From the NCBI GenBank assembly GCA_963666285.1, contig OY762711.1: a stretch of DNA of 64,000 bases, one strand, 5' to 3'. The stretch comes from Sedimentisphaerales bacterium (GTDB taxonomy: Bacteria; Planctomycetota; Phycisphaerae; Sedimentisphaerales; SM23-30). Below the pieces are notes generated by a model that was not told the origin of the DNA, made no database searches, and saw nothing but the letters and a program-made list of their open reading frames with translations. The translations under genes were made by a program, and so were the position numbers. Below, in pieces: positions 42,451 through 53,600 of this stretch. Numbering within the stretch: position 1 is the first letter of the stretch; every line of letters starts with the position of its first letter.

Positions 42451-44208
42451 ATGTATCCATTAATAGAACAACTCGAAGATCGTGTTAGTAAAGTAATGTC
42501 AGAGATCGCTGGCGAACCCGTCTCGGCTATCGTCAAACTCTCGCAAAATCCCAAGTTCGGCGACTACCAGGTCAACGGCGTAATGGCTCTTGCCAAAAAG
42601 TTGGACATGAACCCTCGCCAGCTCGCTGACAAGGTTGTTACCCATTGCGACCTCTCCGACATCTGTGAAGATCCAGAGATCGCCGGTCCAGGCTTTATCA
42701 ACCTTCGCGTCAAAACCGAATGGCTGCTGGCTCAACTTACTGCTGCCGCCGCTGACTGCGAACGCATTGGCGTCGATGTCAAACCTGACACCGTCACCAC
42801 CGTTGTCGATTTCTCCAGCCCAAATCTGGCCAAGGAGATGCACGTCGGCCACCTCCGCAGCACGATCATTGGTGATGTTATTGCCAAGGTGCTCGAATTC
42901 ATCTCAGACGACTCTGCCAGGGTTATCCGCCAGAACCATGTTGGCGATTGGGGTACACCGTTCGGCATGCTCGTCAGCTATATCCAGTCTACCGACCCGG
43001 AAACCTATAACAATCCGCAGAACCTGAACGTCTCTGACCTTGAGCAGTTCTATAAAAAAGCCAAACAGCTGTTCGATACCGTCGAAAGCTTTAAGGAACT
43101 GGCATACCAGAATACTGTTAAGCTTCACGAAAAAGATCCCCAGACCCTCGCCGTCTGGCAGGCGGTTCTCGATGAATCACGCCGATATTGCAGTGAGATC
43201 TACGATCGGCTCAAGATCAGGCTCGACCGCAATGATGAACGAGGCGAAAGCTGCTACAGCGACGAGCTGCCCGGGGTTATCGCAGATCTCGCCGCCGCAG
43301 GGTTAACCCAGGAATCCGACGGTGCCCAGTGTGTGTTCATGGACGGCTATAAAACCGCCGAAGGCGAACCTATGCCGCTTATCGTTCAGAAATCGGACGG
43401 GGCATATCTCTACGCCACTACCGACCTGGCCGCTATCCGATATCGTGTCGGCCACCTCGGCGCCGGGCGTGTCATATACGTTGTCGGCGCTCCGCAGAAG
43501 CTCCATTTCCAGATGGTCTTCGAATGTGCCGCTAAGGCCGGCTGGGTTGGCGACGCTTCGCTCGAACACGTTCCGTTCGGTTCGGTTCTCGGCGATGACG
43601 GCAAAATGTTCAAGACCCGTTCCGGCGAATCTGTCAAACTTGCCGCGCTGCTCGACGAAGCCGAAACCCGCGCGATGAAAGTTGTCGAACAGAAGAACCC
43701 GGACCTGTCCGATCAGGAAAAAACTGAAATTGCCCGAGCCGTTGGTATCGGTGCTGTTAAATATTCCGACCTTTCCAATAACCTGATAAGCGATTATGTT
43801 TTCAACTGGGACAAGATGCTCGCCATGGAAGGCAACACCGCTCCATACATGCAGTATGCCTACGCCCGTGTCCGCAGTATCTTCCGTAAAGGCGAGATCG
43901 ATACCGCTGCTTTAGTAACCCAGACCGACAAACTTGATCTTAACGACCAGACCGAGGTCGCCCTCGCCAAGGTCCTCGTTCGCTATGCCGAAACTATCTC
44001 TGCGGTCGCCCGCGAGCTTCGTCCGCATCTGCTCACCGGCTACCTTTACGATCTTGCCGGTGCGTTCAGTACGTTCTATAACGCCTGCCCGGTCCTCAAG
44101 GAAGATGAGCCGACCCGCACCAGCCGACTGCTGCTCTGCCAGCTGACCGCCCAGACCCTCAAGCACGGTCTAGACCTGCTGGGCATAGAAACTATCGAAC
44201 AAATGTAA
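42451..44208 (+). CDS. argS: Arginine--tRNA ligase
   Basis: FGDYQ, SSPNLAKEMHVGHLRS, NHVGDWG, KSDG.YLY.TTD, GNTAPYMQY. Confidence 0.97.
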   Translation: MYPLIEQLEDRVSKVMSEIAGEPVSAIVKLSQNPKFGDYQVNGVMALAKKLDMNPRQLADKVVTHCDLSDICEDPEIAGPGFINLRVKTEWLLAQLTAAAADCERIGVDVKPDTVTTVVDFSSPNLAKEMHVGHLRSTIIGDVIAKVLEFISDDSARVIRQNHVGDWGTPFGMLVSYIQSTDPETYNNPQNLNVSDLEQFYKKAKQLFDTVESFKELAYQNTVKLHEKDPQTLAVWQAVLDESRRYCSEIYDRLKIRLDRNDERGESCYSDELPGVIADLAAAGLTQESDGAQCVFMDGYKTAEGEPMPLIVQKSDGAYLYATTDLAAIRYRVGHLGAGRVIYVVGAPQKLHFQMVFECAAKAGWVGDASLEHVPFGSVLGDDGKMFKTRSGESVKLAALLDEAETRAMKVVEQKNPDLSDQEKTEIARAVGIGAVKYSDLSNNLISDYVFNWDKMLAMEGNTAPYMQYAYARVRSIFRKGEIDTAALVTQTDKLDLNDQTEVALAKVLVRYAETISAVARELRPHLLTGYLYDLAGAFSTFYNACPVLKEDEPTRTSRLLLCQLTAQTLKHGLDLLGIETIEQM

Positions 44209-44234
44209 GGTTTAGCAGTTTACTGATATAAATA

Positions 44235-44413
44235 AGTTTACTTTCGCAGTTTTTAAGTTGCAATAACGAAGTGCCTCTGGTAAATCGCCTATAAGGGCCT
44301 TCCTGCAACGCTTTAATATTAAACAAAACGTGAGACGATAGCGAATTATTCCTGAGGTCAACGTACATCAGGACACCTTAACTTATATCTTATGTCTTGT
44401 TACTTATTACTTT
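44235..44413 (+). repeat. Repeat family A copy 4 (with short insertion) + ACACCTT + heptamers
   Basis: Direct match; the 3' part equals the reconstructed IS701-like target. Confidence 0.9.
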
Positions 44414-44416
44414 GAT

Positions 44417-44896
44417 ATGATCCGTAAAGCCAAAACATCTGAAGCTGAGCTGCTCACCGATATCTCATTCGCTGCCAAGCGATACTGGAACTATCCCGAG
44501 TCGAACTTCGATATCTGGCGCGAAGAGCTTACCATCACCAAAAAGTATATCGATGACAATGCCGTATTCGTCTATCTGCAGTCCGACCGGCCCGTCGCCT
44601 ACTATTCCATCGTTCAGCTCGAAAACGACGTCATCATCAACGGCATAACCATCACCGCCGGGCTATGGCTCGAGCATATGTTTGTACTGCCGGAATTTAT
44701 CGGCCGGGGCATCGGTCGCGAAATGTTCAAACACATGACCGATACTCTAAAGCAGTACGATGTCAGATCCATCGGCATACTCGCCGACCCGAACGCCAAA
44801 GGCTTCTATGAAACTCTCGGCTGTCGCTATCTCGGCGAATATCCGTCCAGTATCGAAGGCCGTTCAACCCCGTACTTTGAGTATGTAATAACATGA
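44417..44896 (+). CDS. GNAT N-acetyltransferase
   Basis: FV.PEFIGRGIG, ADPNAKGFY. Confidence 0.9.
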   Translation: MIRKAKTSEAELLTDISFAAKRYWNYPESNFDIWREELTITKKYIDDNAVFVYLQSDRPVAYYSIVQLENDVIINGITITAGLWLEHMFVLPEFIGRGIGREMFKHMTDTLKQYDVRSIGILADPNAKGFYETLGCRYLGEYPSSIEGRSTPYFEYVIT

Positions 44897-44928
44897 AACC
44901 AGGCATGAGCCATAAGACGAAACATTTT

Positions 44929-44960
44929 TTTTCATAATTCAGCATTCATAATTCATAATT
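44929..44960 (+). repeat. TTCATAA heptamer tract, identical to 46768-46799
   Basis: ttttcataattcagcattcataattcataatt occurs twice. Confidence 0.85.
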
Positions 44961-45009
44961 ATCAAATATAACATGCATCTAAAGTTTCGATAAAACAAGA
45001 GAGTTTACA

Positions 45010-45744
45010 ATGGCACAAAAAGATACGATATTTTCTACATACCAATCCGAAGTGTCACGCTTCGTATTCGATGAAAAGGTCGTCTCCGTCTTCGATGATA
45101 TGATCCGCCGTTCGGTCCCAGGCTATTCTACTGTGCTTGCCATGACCGCCGTGCTCGCCGAACGCTACGCCCAGCCCGGCACCAACTGCTACGATCTCGG
45201 CTGCTCGCTCTGTGCCGGCACCATCGCGCTCCGCCACGGCATCCAGGCCCCCGACTGCCAAATCATCGCCGTTGACAACTCCGAAGCCATGATCACCCGT
45301 GCCGCCGATATCCTCGAAAGCGACATCAGCAAAACTCCCGTCGAACTGCTCGTTGCCGATATAGCCGATATAAATATCGAAAACGCGTCGATCGTCATTA
45401 TGAACTATACCCTCCAGTTCTTCGACCCGGCCAAACGAGACGAACTTGTCAAAAATATCTACAACGGGCTCCGTCCCGGCGGCATATTCATCCTCTCGGA
45501 AAAAATGAAATTTGAAACCGACGCCGAACAAAACTTCCAGGACGATATCTATTACGAGTTCAAAGCCTACAACGGCTACTCCCAGACCGAGATCAGCCAG
45601 AAACGCAAGGCTCTCGAAAACGTACTCATACCCGACACACTCGACACTCACATGGCCCGCCTCAAAGCCGCCGGGTTCGATTATTCCTACAAATGGTTCC
45701 AGTGCTTCAACTTCACATCTATCTTCGCCCAAAAGCTGGAGTGA
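45010..45744 (+). CDS. cmoA: Carboxy-SAM synthase
   Basis: FDDMIRRSVPGY, YDLGCS, VDNS, YTLQF, LSEK, ISQKRKALENV, WFQCFNF. Confidence 0.93.
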   Translation: MAQKDTIFSTYQSEVSRFVFDEKVVSVFDDMIRRSVPGYSTVLAMTAVLAERYAQPGTNCYDLGCSLCAGTIALRHGIQAPDCQIIAVDNSEAMITRAADILESDISKTPVELLVADIADINIENASIVIMNYTLQFFDPAKRDELVKNIYNGLRPGGIFILSEKMKFETDAEQNFQDDIYYEFKAYNGYSQTEISQKRKALENVLIPDTLDTHMARLKAAGFDYSYKWFQCFNFTSIFAQKLE

Positions 45745-45927
45745 TTTGTTTAGAGATAGCCTTTAGAGTTTTGTCAGTAAATAAGAAATTCAATGCTAGG
45801 CGATGCTCTTCCAATATTGGCCAATGGATATTATTTTCAAACTTGTCCGTTCAGAATAAACGGTCATAAATAATTCAAAATCAATTACTCGCCGAACTCT
45901 GCTTGCCTGAGACCGGTCTGGTCAAGG

Positions 45928-46335
45928 CTATGCCTTGCGTACCCAGTTTTCCAACTTCAAGCCATTAATCCTTTTGAACTCTCTCATATTGTTTGTTACT
46001 AATGTTAAGTCAAGCGATAGAGCGTGCGAGGCAATTAAAGTGTCCATCGGCCCGATAGGTGTTCCTTTACTTTCCTGGCCAAAGCGAACATAACCATAAG
46101 CTGCCGCCGCATCATTGTCAAAAGGTAATATTGTAAAAGGGGCACAAAATTTTATTATCGCTCGATTGTTTTTTGCCGGGTCAGCACTTTTTGCTGCACC
46201 AAATTGTAATTCAGCCAAAACAATTGTCGACAGATATATTTCTCCAGAAGCTATCGAAGATATTTTAGAAATCAATTTCGGGTTTCGCTTCCTGATAACT
46301 TCTATACAGATATTTGTATCCAGCATATATCCCAT
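45928..46335 (-). CDS. vapC: PIN-domain toxin
   Basis: MLDTNICI, IGPMDTLIA.HA, LVTNN.REF. Confidence 0.93.
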   Translation of the reverse strand: MGYMLDTNICIEVIRKRNPKLISKISSIASGEIYLSTIVLAELQFGAAKSADPAKNNRAIIKFCAPFTILPFDNDAAAAYGYVRFGQESKGTPIGPMDTLIASHALSLDLTLVTNNMREFKRINGLKLENWVRKA

Positions 46336-46355
46336 TGAAATTTTCCCGCAACTTC

Positions 46356-46586
46356 TTAAAAAGATTTTCTTCCGTCAAATTCCTCAGGTTGTCCTCTATC
46401 CGACATAAAGTCATCTGTAAATTCATTCAATGATTCAGAAAACATATCCCAGGCTTTGTCCAGTGGATACAGGATAACCATATTGCCAATTTTATTAATA
46501 CCTACCTCATCACCATCGAACCTGTATTCCTTTGGCAATCGTACTGCCTGGCTGCGTCCATTTTGAAATAATTTTGCTGTATTCAT
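46356..46586 (-). CDS. vapB: AbrB-type antitoxin
   Basis: AKLFQNGRSQAVRLPKEYRF; GGAG RBS before ATG 46586. Confidence 0.93.
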   Translation of the reverse strand: MNTAKLFQNGRSQAVRLPKEYRFDGDEVGINKIGNMVILYPLDKAWDMFSESLNEFTDDFMSDRGQPEEFDGRKSF

Positions 46587-46602
46587 ATTGTTAACTCCTA
46601 AA

Positions 46603-46645
46603 ATGGTATCTATCATAGTATATACCATATTTTGCGGTATGTCAA
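46603..46645 (-). promoter_or_regulatory. vapBC promoter with overlapping inverted-repeat operator
   Basis: TTGACA-N17-TATACT; atggtat/ataccat inverted repeat at 46603-46628. Confidence 0.75.
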
Positions 46646-46678
46646 ATATGTAGAGTTAATCTTTTCAAACTGCTGTAA

Positions 46679-46799
46679 ACTTTCGCAGTTTTTAAGTTGC
46701 AAATCGCCTAAAAGGGCCTTCCTGCAGCACTTTAACTTAAACAAAACATGAGACACACTAACACGAATTTTCATAATTCAGCATTCATAATTCATAATT
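46679..46799 (+). repeat. Repeat family A copy 5 + TTCATAA heptamers
   Basis: Direct match. Confidence 0.9.
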
Positions 46800-46817
46800 T
46801 TTAGCTTCTAACTCTTC

Positions 46818-47954
46818 CTATTTCCTCCCCGCCTTATGTCTATACAGCATTCTGTTTACCCGCCTCATTATCTCCCGGTGCCGTTTCGCTGCACTTTTCT
46901 TTTCCTTGCCAAATGCTTTCTTCAACCTTGCCGCTTCCTCGACCGTCAGTTTCACTACGCACCCGTGCCTGGCATCCGCCGGGCCGCTTACATCCGGCAA
47001 AATCTGCCATTGCACCATATCCGGCGACCACGAAATCCCAAAGTCATTACTCATACAAAAATCATACAGCAGCAGCCAGCCTTTCTTCATCGGGTCAGGC
47101 ATAAGCGACGGCCCCTCGGTTATCGTCGGCACCAGCTGGCCGCCGTTCAAATTTCCCTCGACTGTCTCGTACGGCCCCTCAAGTTTATCCGCCACCGCCA
47201 GTCGTATCGCTCGCCGCTCGCCGGTTATCGCGCCAAACTCCTCTTCCTTATGCAGCAGGTAATACTTACCGCCTATATTATGCAGTGTCCCGTCAATCAC
47301 CGAGTAGTCCGGGTCGAACAACACCTTCGCCTCACTAAACTCTTGCCAGTCTTTCGTCCTCGCATACCATAGCCTGCTCTTCTTCCAGCCCGCATCCTCA
47401 AACGATGATGACCACAACAAAACAATATCGCCTGTCAGCTCATCATAAAACCATTCCGGCGCCCAGATATTACCGGCTAACTTCCCGTCCTCACGCACAT
47501 CTTTCATCAGCGGCAAATATCCTTCCACCTTCCATTTCACCAGGTCCGCCGAACTGGCATGCAGACAGCTCGGCCCAAACTTCGCCCGGTCTATCTCACC
47601 GCTGCCGCCGGTTGCTACCATATGCCATTTCCCGTCCGGCCCGCGATTAATAAATGAGTCCCGGACAAAATGACCCCATACCGGCTTATTATTGTTCAGC
47701 GGCTGCCAGTCTCTGCCGTCGGTTGACAACGCATAATGCAGCTTCTCTTCTTTCATCGGGTTCGGCAGCGGCACCTCACGCACCGTACCGTCCGCATCTA
47801 TCTCAACCCTGGTCGGATACCGCTGGCGAAAATAGCCCAGCAGCCATACTTCCTTACCCGCTCTCTTGGAGCTTCCGCCGGAACCGCAGCCCGGCATGAT
47901 TGTCACCAGTATTACCATCGCCAGGAGCGACACAAATAATCTTTTTATATTCAT
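46818..47954 (-). CDS. GH43-like beta-propeller lipoprotein
   Basis: Lipobox PGC; RDS, WAPE, VIDG, EGP. Confidence 0.8.
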   Translation of the reverse strand: MNIKRLFVSLLAMVILVTIMPGCGSGGSSKRAGKEVWLLGYFRQRYPTRVEIDADGTVREVPLPNPMKEEKLHYALSTDGRDWQPLNNNKPVWGHFVRDSFINRGPDGKWHMVATGGSGEIDRAKFGPSCLHASSADLVKWKVEGYLPLMKDVREDGKLAGNIWAPEWFYDELTGDIVLLWSSSFEDAGWKKSRLWYARTKDWQEFSEAKVLFDPDYSVIDGTLHNIGGKYYLLHKEEEFGAITGERRAIRLAVADKLEGPYETVEGNLNGGQLVPTITEGPSLMPDPMKKGWLLLYDFCMSNDFGISWSPDMVQWQILPDVSGPADARHGCVVKLTVEEAARLKKAFGKEKKSAAKRHREIMRRVNRMLYRHKAGRK

Positions 47955-48338
47955 AAAGAATCCTTTTACTTTTGTTATTCTTTAACTTGTATGACATACA
48001 ATAATCCAAAAAGGTCTGAATTTCGATTATTTTTTCGAACTTTTCTGGCTTAGTTCTTGCAAAAGATTATGAATTTATGACTTATTCTCATACCACATAA
48101 CGGCCTATAACATAGTTTGCTGCTTGGCTTTTGTCGGTTTAATTTGCTTTGTTATTGGACGAAATTTTAGTTTTATATTTAAAATATCCATCAAAATCTG
48201 ACTTTTCAGCATTATTATTTATCATACAATAAGATTTTTGTTTCATTCGATTTTATTTTAATGTTTTGCATATATATTCCTGCCGACTATTGAAATATAC
48301 AATGCCGTATTTGGGGTAAGGTTTAATATTAATTAATA

Positions 48339-48755
48339 ATGGGGGCATGTATGCAGCATAAACGTTTAATGAGTGTAGTACTTCTCAGAAACTTATTTGA
48401 GGCTCATGGCTGGCAATGCAAAACCAGGGGTGATACTGAATTGTATTTTACCAAAGACGGTGAAGATTCTGTCTTCGTTTCTACTGATTCCTGTAATAAG
48501 TCTCATGTAAACATTTATCCATTACTCAATTCAATCTCTTCTAATATGCGCGCTGTTATTTCTTCTGTAGCTGACAGTATTAGTTTCGGAATTGATCTGT
48601 GCATAAATCCTGGCTCCGCTGACCGGGAAGATATCAGTAACCTGTTAAATGCTGTATTTGAACTCAATATCGCCTTAGGCGGCGACACTATCTACCCGGA
48701 ACTGATTCCCTGTGATAATAGCGGACAGGCTGCCGCCGTCAAGGAGATGGTATGA
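48339..48755 (+). CDS. Hypothetical protein
   Basis: 138-aa ORF with ATGA overlap to the next gene. Confidence 0.55.
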   Translation: MGACMQHKRLMSVVLLRNLFEAHGWQCKTRGDTELYFTKDGEDSVFVSTDSCNKSHVNIYPLLNSISSNMRAVISSVADSISFGIDLCINPGSADREDISNLLNAVFELNIALGGDTIYPELIPCDNSGQAAAVKEMV

Positions 48756-50140
48756 AAGATAACAAACCTCAAAAGAGACGCGGTATGCCGTGTGTGAGAT
48801 TGTCAAATATAGTCCTTGATGCCAAAGCTTACAGGAAAAAAGGTAAATCTCTACCGTATATCGCCGGTTTTATTCTCACCGGTCTGAAAGAGTTTGTCGT
48901 TAATAATATCTCTACTATTATTGACGATACTCTTGATGTCAGGGAAGCAGTGGTTGATAGTATCCTGAAAAAACTGCTGGCCGAAAAAAAGATTGCTGAT
49001 AATGCAGCAAACGATGAAGCTTCGCAAGACAATTTCATGCTTGAACCGAAAATCCGTATCGATCATGACCGGATCTCCGAGATACTTACACGTATCAAGG
49101 AATATGCAAATATTATCTGTCGAAAAGGCGGGTCTGTTAAATTTGAACATGATCAATTGGTAAGTATCATGCTCTCGGATTTTAACCCTTCTGATAAGTT
49201 GCATTTCGAGTTATGTAAAAGTTACCTTATTGATAAGGTCGTGGAAAAACGCGGTGCCGAAATATCGGTACCGATTATTGATGAGATTAACACCCATGAA
49301 GATTTGCCTTCTTCTTTTGAGGTTGTATCACAGATAATCAGTAAAATATCCAGCCCGGGCTATGAGATAAAAGAACTCGTAGAGATCGTCAAAACTGACC
49401 CCGCCCTGGCCGCGAAACTTATAAAGCTTGCCAATTCTTCTATTTTCGGACGCACTACAAAAACCAGCAGTCTTGACAATGCGATTATCTATCTTGGCAA
49501 AAATATCCTTCGCTGTACTGCTGTCGCGATCGCTCTTAAACCGCAGGAATATTTGTGCGAGCATTTTGATTATGAAAATTTCTGGGCCCAGGCCCGGGCC
49601 AGATCGATTGCTGCCAAATATTCTGTTACTAAAAAACTTGGCAAAACGGATAACAAGTATACCGCCAGCGAATCTGAGAGGATTAGCCGGGCGTTTACCG
49701 CCGGGCTGCTGGCAAAACTCGGAACCCTTGTTTACGCTTCTATCTGGCATAATGATTATTCGGTGATAAATGTTTTAGCTTGCGGCAATAATACCATGCT
49801 CAAAAGGTTCGAAAAATTCAGGTTCGAACTCGACCATAACAATCTGACCGCGGAACTTATGAAATCCTGGGGATTTGACGAAGATATCTGTATGGCTGTC
49901 CGTCTGCAGGATGACAAAGAGCAAAGCGGCTTATACATTGATGAAGAATATGAAGTCTTAAGTGCTCTTGTTAACTCTCCTCGTTTTATTCCTGTTATAC
50001 TCGAAAGTGTAAAATCCGGACTGATTCCTTCAGCTGGATCAGGCCCGGCAGAAAAAGCCGCCACTCAATATCCCGATATACCGCCTGAAGATCTGGAATA
50101 TATGGTTGCCGAGTATAACGATCTGGTAGAAATATTTTAG
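48752..50140 (+). CDS. HDOD-domain protein
   Basis: LPS..DPALAAKLIKLANS..AIIYLG..AFTAGLL..DH..WGF. Confidence 0.85.
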   Translation: MKDNKPQKRRGMPCVRLSNIVLDAKAYRKKGKSLPYIAGFILTGLKEFVVNNISTIIDDTLDVREAVVDSILKKLLAEKKIADNAANDEASQDNFMLEPKIRIDHDRISEILTRIKEYANIICRKGGSVKFEHDQLVSIMLSDFNPSDKLHFELCKSYLIDKVVEKRGAEISVPIIDEINTHEDLPSSFEVVSQIISKISSPGYEIKELVEIVKTDPALAAKLIKLANSSIFGRTTKTSSLDNAIIYLGKNILRCTAVAIALKPQEYLCEHFDYENFWAQARARSIAAKYSVTKKLGKTDNKYTASESERISRAFTAGLLAKLGTLVYASIWHNDYSVINVLACGNNTMLKRFEKFRFELDHNNLTAELMKSWGFDEDICMAVRLQDDKEQSGLYIDEEYEVLSALVNSPRFIPVILESVKSGLIPSAGSGPAEKAATQYPDIPPEDLEYMVAEYNDLVEIF

Positions 50141-50198
50141 TACTTTCTCAAACTGACCAATCAGAGTCGACATGTTGTTGTAACATGTTTTTAGACAA

Positions 50199-50378
50199 TA
50201 CATTAAACTTAAATTAAAATTAGTCTGCCGTATGCCATGAGTTCATCAAAGGGCTGCGGTTTTCCTTCCCTTATCCCTTATCCCTTATCCCTTATGCCTT
50301 ATCTATTATACCTCTCAAACTGAACATCGGTTAGTTTGAGTAAATTAGTTTGCCGCCTGTTCTGAATTCATCGGAGGT
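50199..50378 (+). repeat. Composite repeat; uninterrupted homologue of the 5025-6666 insertion site
   Basis: REP-like module + (CCTTATC)n + palindrome B + second degenerate REP-like module. Confidence 0.85.
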
Positions 50379-50578
50379 CTTCACTGGCCCCCGGCATATG
50401 TCTGTTAATCTCATATTCCAGCTATTAGTTGACAAATATCAATATTTAGTGCATATTAATGACATATTTACGTTAGAAGAATATTGTACTACTAAAAGTT
50501 ACCCGGTTTTACACTTTGTTTAGCAGTAATAAATTATATTACAATATGTTGTATTAGTAATTAAAACGGTTGCCGCTC

Positions 50579-50629
50579 TGCGGCTTTCCTTACCTAATAC
50601 TTCACAAACTGACCGATGGTAAGTCTGAG
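50579..50629 (+). repeat. Short composite repeat with inverted palindrome B
   Basis: gcggctttcctt..ctaatac..cacaaactgaccgatggtaagtctgag. Confidence 0.75.
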
Positions 50630-50693
50630 TAGTACTAACATGAAATGAGAATCTGATTCTTGTTGGTTCCGATTTGAAAGAAAGTATATCGTT

Positions 50694-53600
50694 ATGACCA
50701 GAAAAATAATTTCTATGTTCGTTGTTCTTATCGCTGTTATTTCTACTGTATCGGCCTTCAACGGTCACAATGTCACGGAAGGGCCGCTGACAATTGAAAT
50801 TGCTCCCGTCCCTGACATTCAGAAGTATAATGAGCCTGTAACCATAACAGTCTGCCTTGCCAATTCATCTGGAGACTCGCTCGAGGTGAATTTACTGCTT
50901 AACGGGCTCGTCGATGAAACTATTGCTCTTGGCCGCACCAGAAAAACCATAACCATACCTGCGAACGGCAAAACAGATTGCGACTTCTCTATCGCTTTCG
51001 GTACCGGCGCATTCTCTGCCTTGTACCCGGTCCATATCTTCGCCGATTTCAATGCCGAAGGTTCCGATCATCATGCCCATGCCGTGCGTATCGTCCAGAC
51101 TGATTTTATCAATCAGGATTCGCCCGCTGTCGAACAAACTCTTTCTCCCGTTATCGTATCTGATAACGGTTCTGTTAATCTGCTGTCTTCATCTTCACGC
51201 AGGGTTATTTGGCAATATATAGATGGCCCGCAAAACATAATGCCTGTCAACTGGTCCGGCTCAGACCAGACCAGCGGCACATTCGCTGCTGTCGAAAATG
51301 TCTTCCGCGGCGAATTCAAACCGGCTCTCACGGTCCATCCGCCTTGGCGGACTCGTCCCGGCACGGCATTCATCGAATTTCGTGTTAAACTGCCTGATAC
51401 CAGACCGCTTACTCTTACCTTTGCCAACGCTATCCGCGACAGCCATGAACCGGAACCTTCCAGCGATGGTGTTACCTTCTGCGTATGGGCCGACTCTGAC
51501 AAAATCTTCGACCGACATACCGATTCCAAATCATGGCTGCCCGCCGTTGTCGATCTTTCTCAATATGCCGGCCATGAAATATCACTCAAGCTCGAATCTC
51601 ATCCCGGCCCCAAAAATGATACTACCTGCGACTCCTCATACTGGGCTCAGCCAATGATCATCTCCGGTTCGCTGCCGGTTATAAAATCTGCTCAGCAATG
51701 GCAGCAGCAGCGGCAGCTCGCTGCCGAACTGATCGCCGGCAAAACGCACCAGGCTCCCAATGAAATGTCATTCCCGCTGGCCGACAATTATCATGCCGCT
51801 GTCGTTCTTGGCCCCAACGGACTGCTCGATGCCTCCATTGCCATCGGCACCACTGACAAGTTCGTTATCTTCGACGGGCTCGACCTTGCCATCCTGAAAC
51901 AACAGATCGGCAAATCATTCTCCGGCATAAAACTGCTGAAATTCAATCTATCTCGACTGCCCGACAATACGGTCCAGGTTGACCATCTGCTTTCTATCAA
52001 CGGCAAATCTGCAACACTGACTGTTTCACTTTCTCCCGCGCAAACCGGGCTAAAAATTTCGTGTGAATGTTCCGAACGCATAACCGACTTTGCTCTCGGC
52101 TCTGCCGACCAGATCGCCGACCGCATCTATTACGGCCATGGCTATTGCATCGAAAAGCCCAAACCGTTCCGAGCCGGGTTCGGCGGTCATAATCTATCCA
52201 CCAGCTACGTCGGCTTCGATTTCGCTTCCGGCATATCGCTGGTCACCGCTTCTGACAATCCGCCCGATTGCCTCGTTGTCAACCCCGCAGCCAAAACCTA
52301 CGCTTTGCATACCCATATGAACGCCGCCCTTACTCTCGTTCCCGGCATAGGCGGCGCGTTTGATGCTGCTCTGCGCTATCGTCCACTATACGACAAAAAG
52401 CCTGCGTCCGCTTTCAACCGCAAGGCCGGTCGCTTCGTCTTCGATATTTGGGGCGGTCGCTACGCCGACAACGCTCGCGCCATGCAGAAGCTGATCGACT
52501 ACGGGCTTACCGATTCCATGCTCACCCTGCACGTCTGGCAGTGGTGGGGCTACGACTATCGCCTGCCCGATATCTATCCGCCCAACCCCGACCTCGGCTC
52601 ACTCGCCGACCTCCAGGCTCTATCCGAACTATGCCGCAGCCATAACATACCATGGGGTCTGCACGACAACTATATCGACTTCTATCCCGATGCCGACGAT
52701 TACAGCTACGATCATATCGCCTTCACCGAGTCCGGTCAACCCGTCAAGGCATGGATCAACGAAGGACGCGACGCCCAGTCTTACCGCTGGCGACCGGACC
52801 GCATCATGCCGTTTGTCAAACGAAACCTCGATCTCATCAAACCAAACCTCCGGCCCGACCATTATTTCATCGATGTCTTTACCTCAATCGACTGTTTCGA
52901 TTTCTACGACCGCTCCGGCGCGTTCCACTCCTTCCTCGAAACCCGCAAATGCTGGGGCGAAGCCTTCAGCTGGATCCGCGACTATCTCGGCGGTTCGGCC
53001 ATAATGACCAGCGAAGCTGGCGACGATCTGCTCGTCGGTTACATCGAAGGCTCCGACTGTCAGTTCCTCTCTCTTTCAGATTCGCCACGCAACTTCTCTA
53101 TACACTTGCCCTGTGAAAACTGGGAAAGAGTTCCCTGGTACGATGTCGTCCTGCACGACAGGTTCAGCCTTCATGGCGTAGGCTATTCCGGTCGATACCA
53201 GGGCGGCCGCGACCGACAGGACCATGGCATCCAGTCTGACGACTATATCTCTGCCGAGCTGCTCACCGGCCATGCCCTTATGACCGATATCGAAGCTTTC
53301 GGACGTGACGCCATCCGCAAATACTATCTCGCCCAGGATTTCATCCGCTCTATCGCCGCCGACACTATCAAATCGGTCGAGTTCATCGACGATGATATCC
53401 ATCACCAGAAAATAACATGGAACTCAAACGCAGTTGTCTATGTCAACCGGTCCGACAAACCCTGGCATATCGCCGGTAAAACCCTGCCGACTTTCGGCTA
53501 CTACGCCCAAAGCGGCCCCATCAGATCCAGTATCGAAACCATCGACAATATCGTGGTCGAGCAGTCTTCAACCGCTGGTCATTTTTATGTCAACGCCCGC

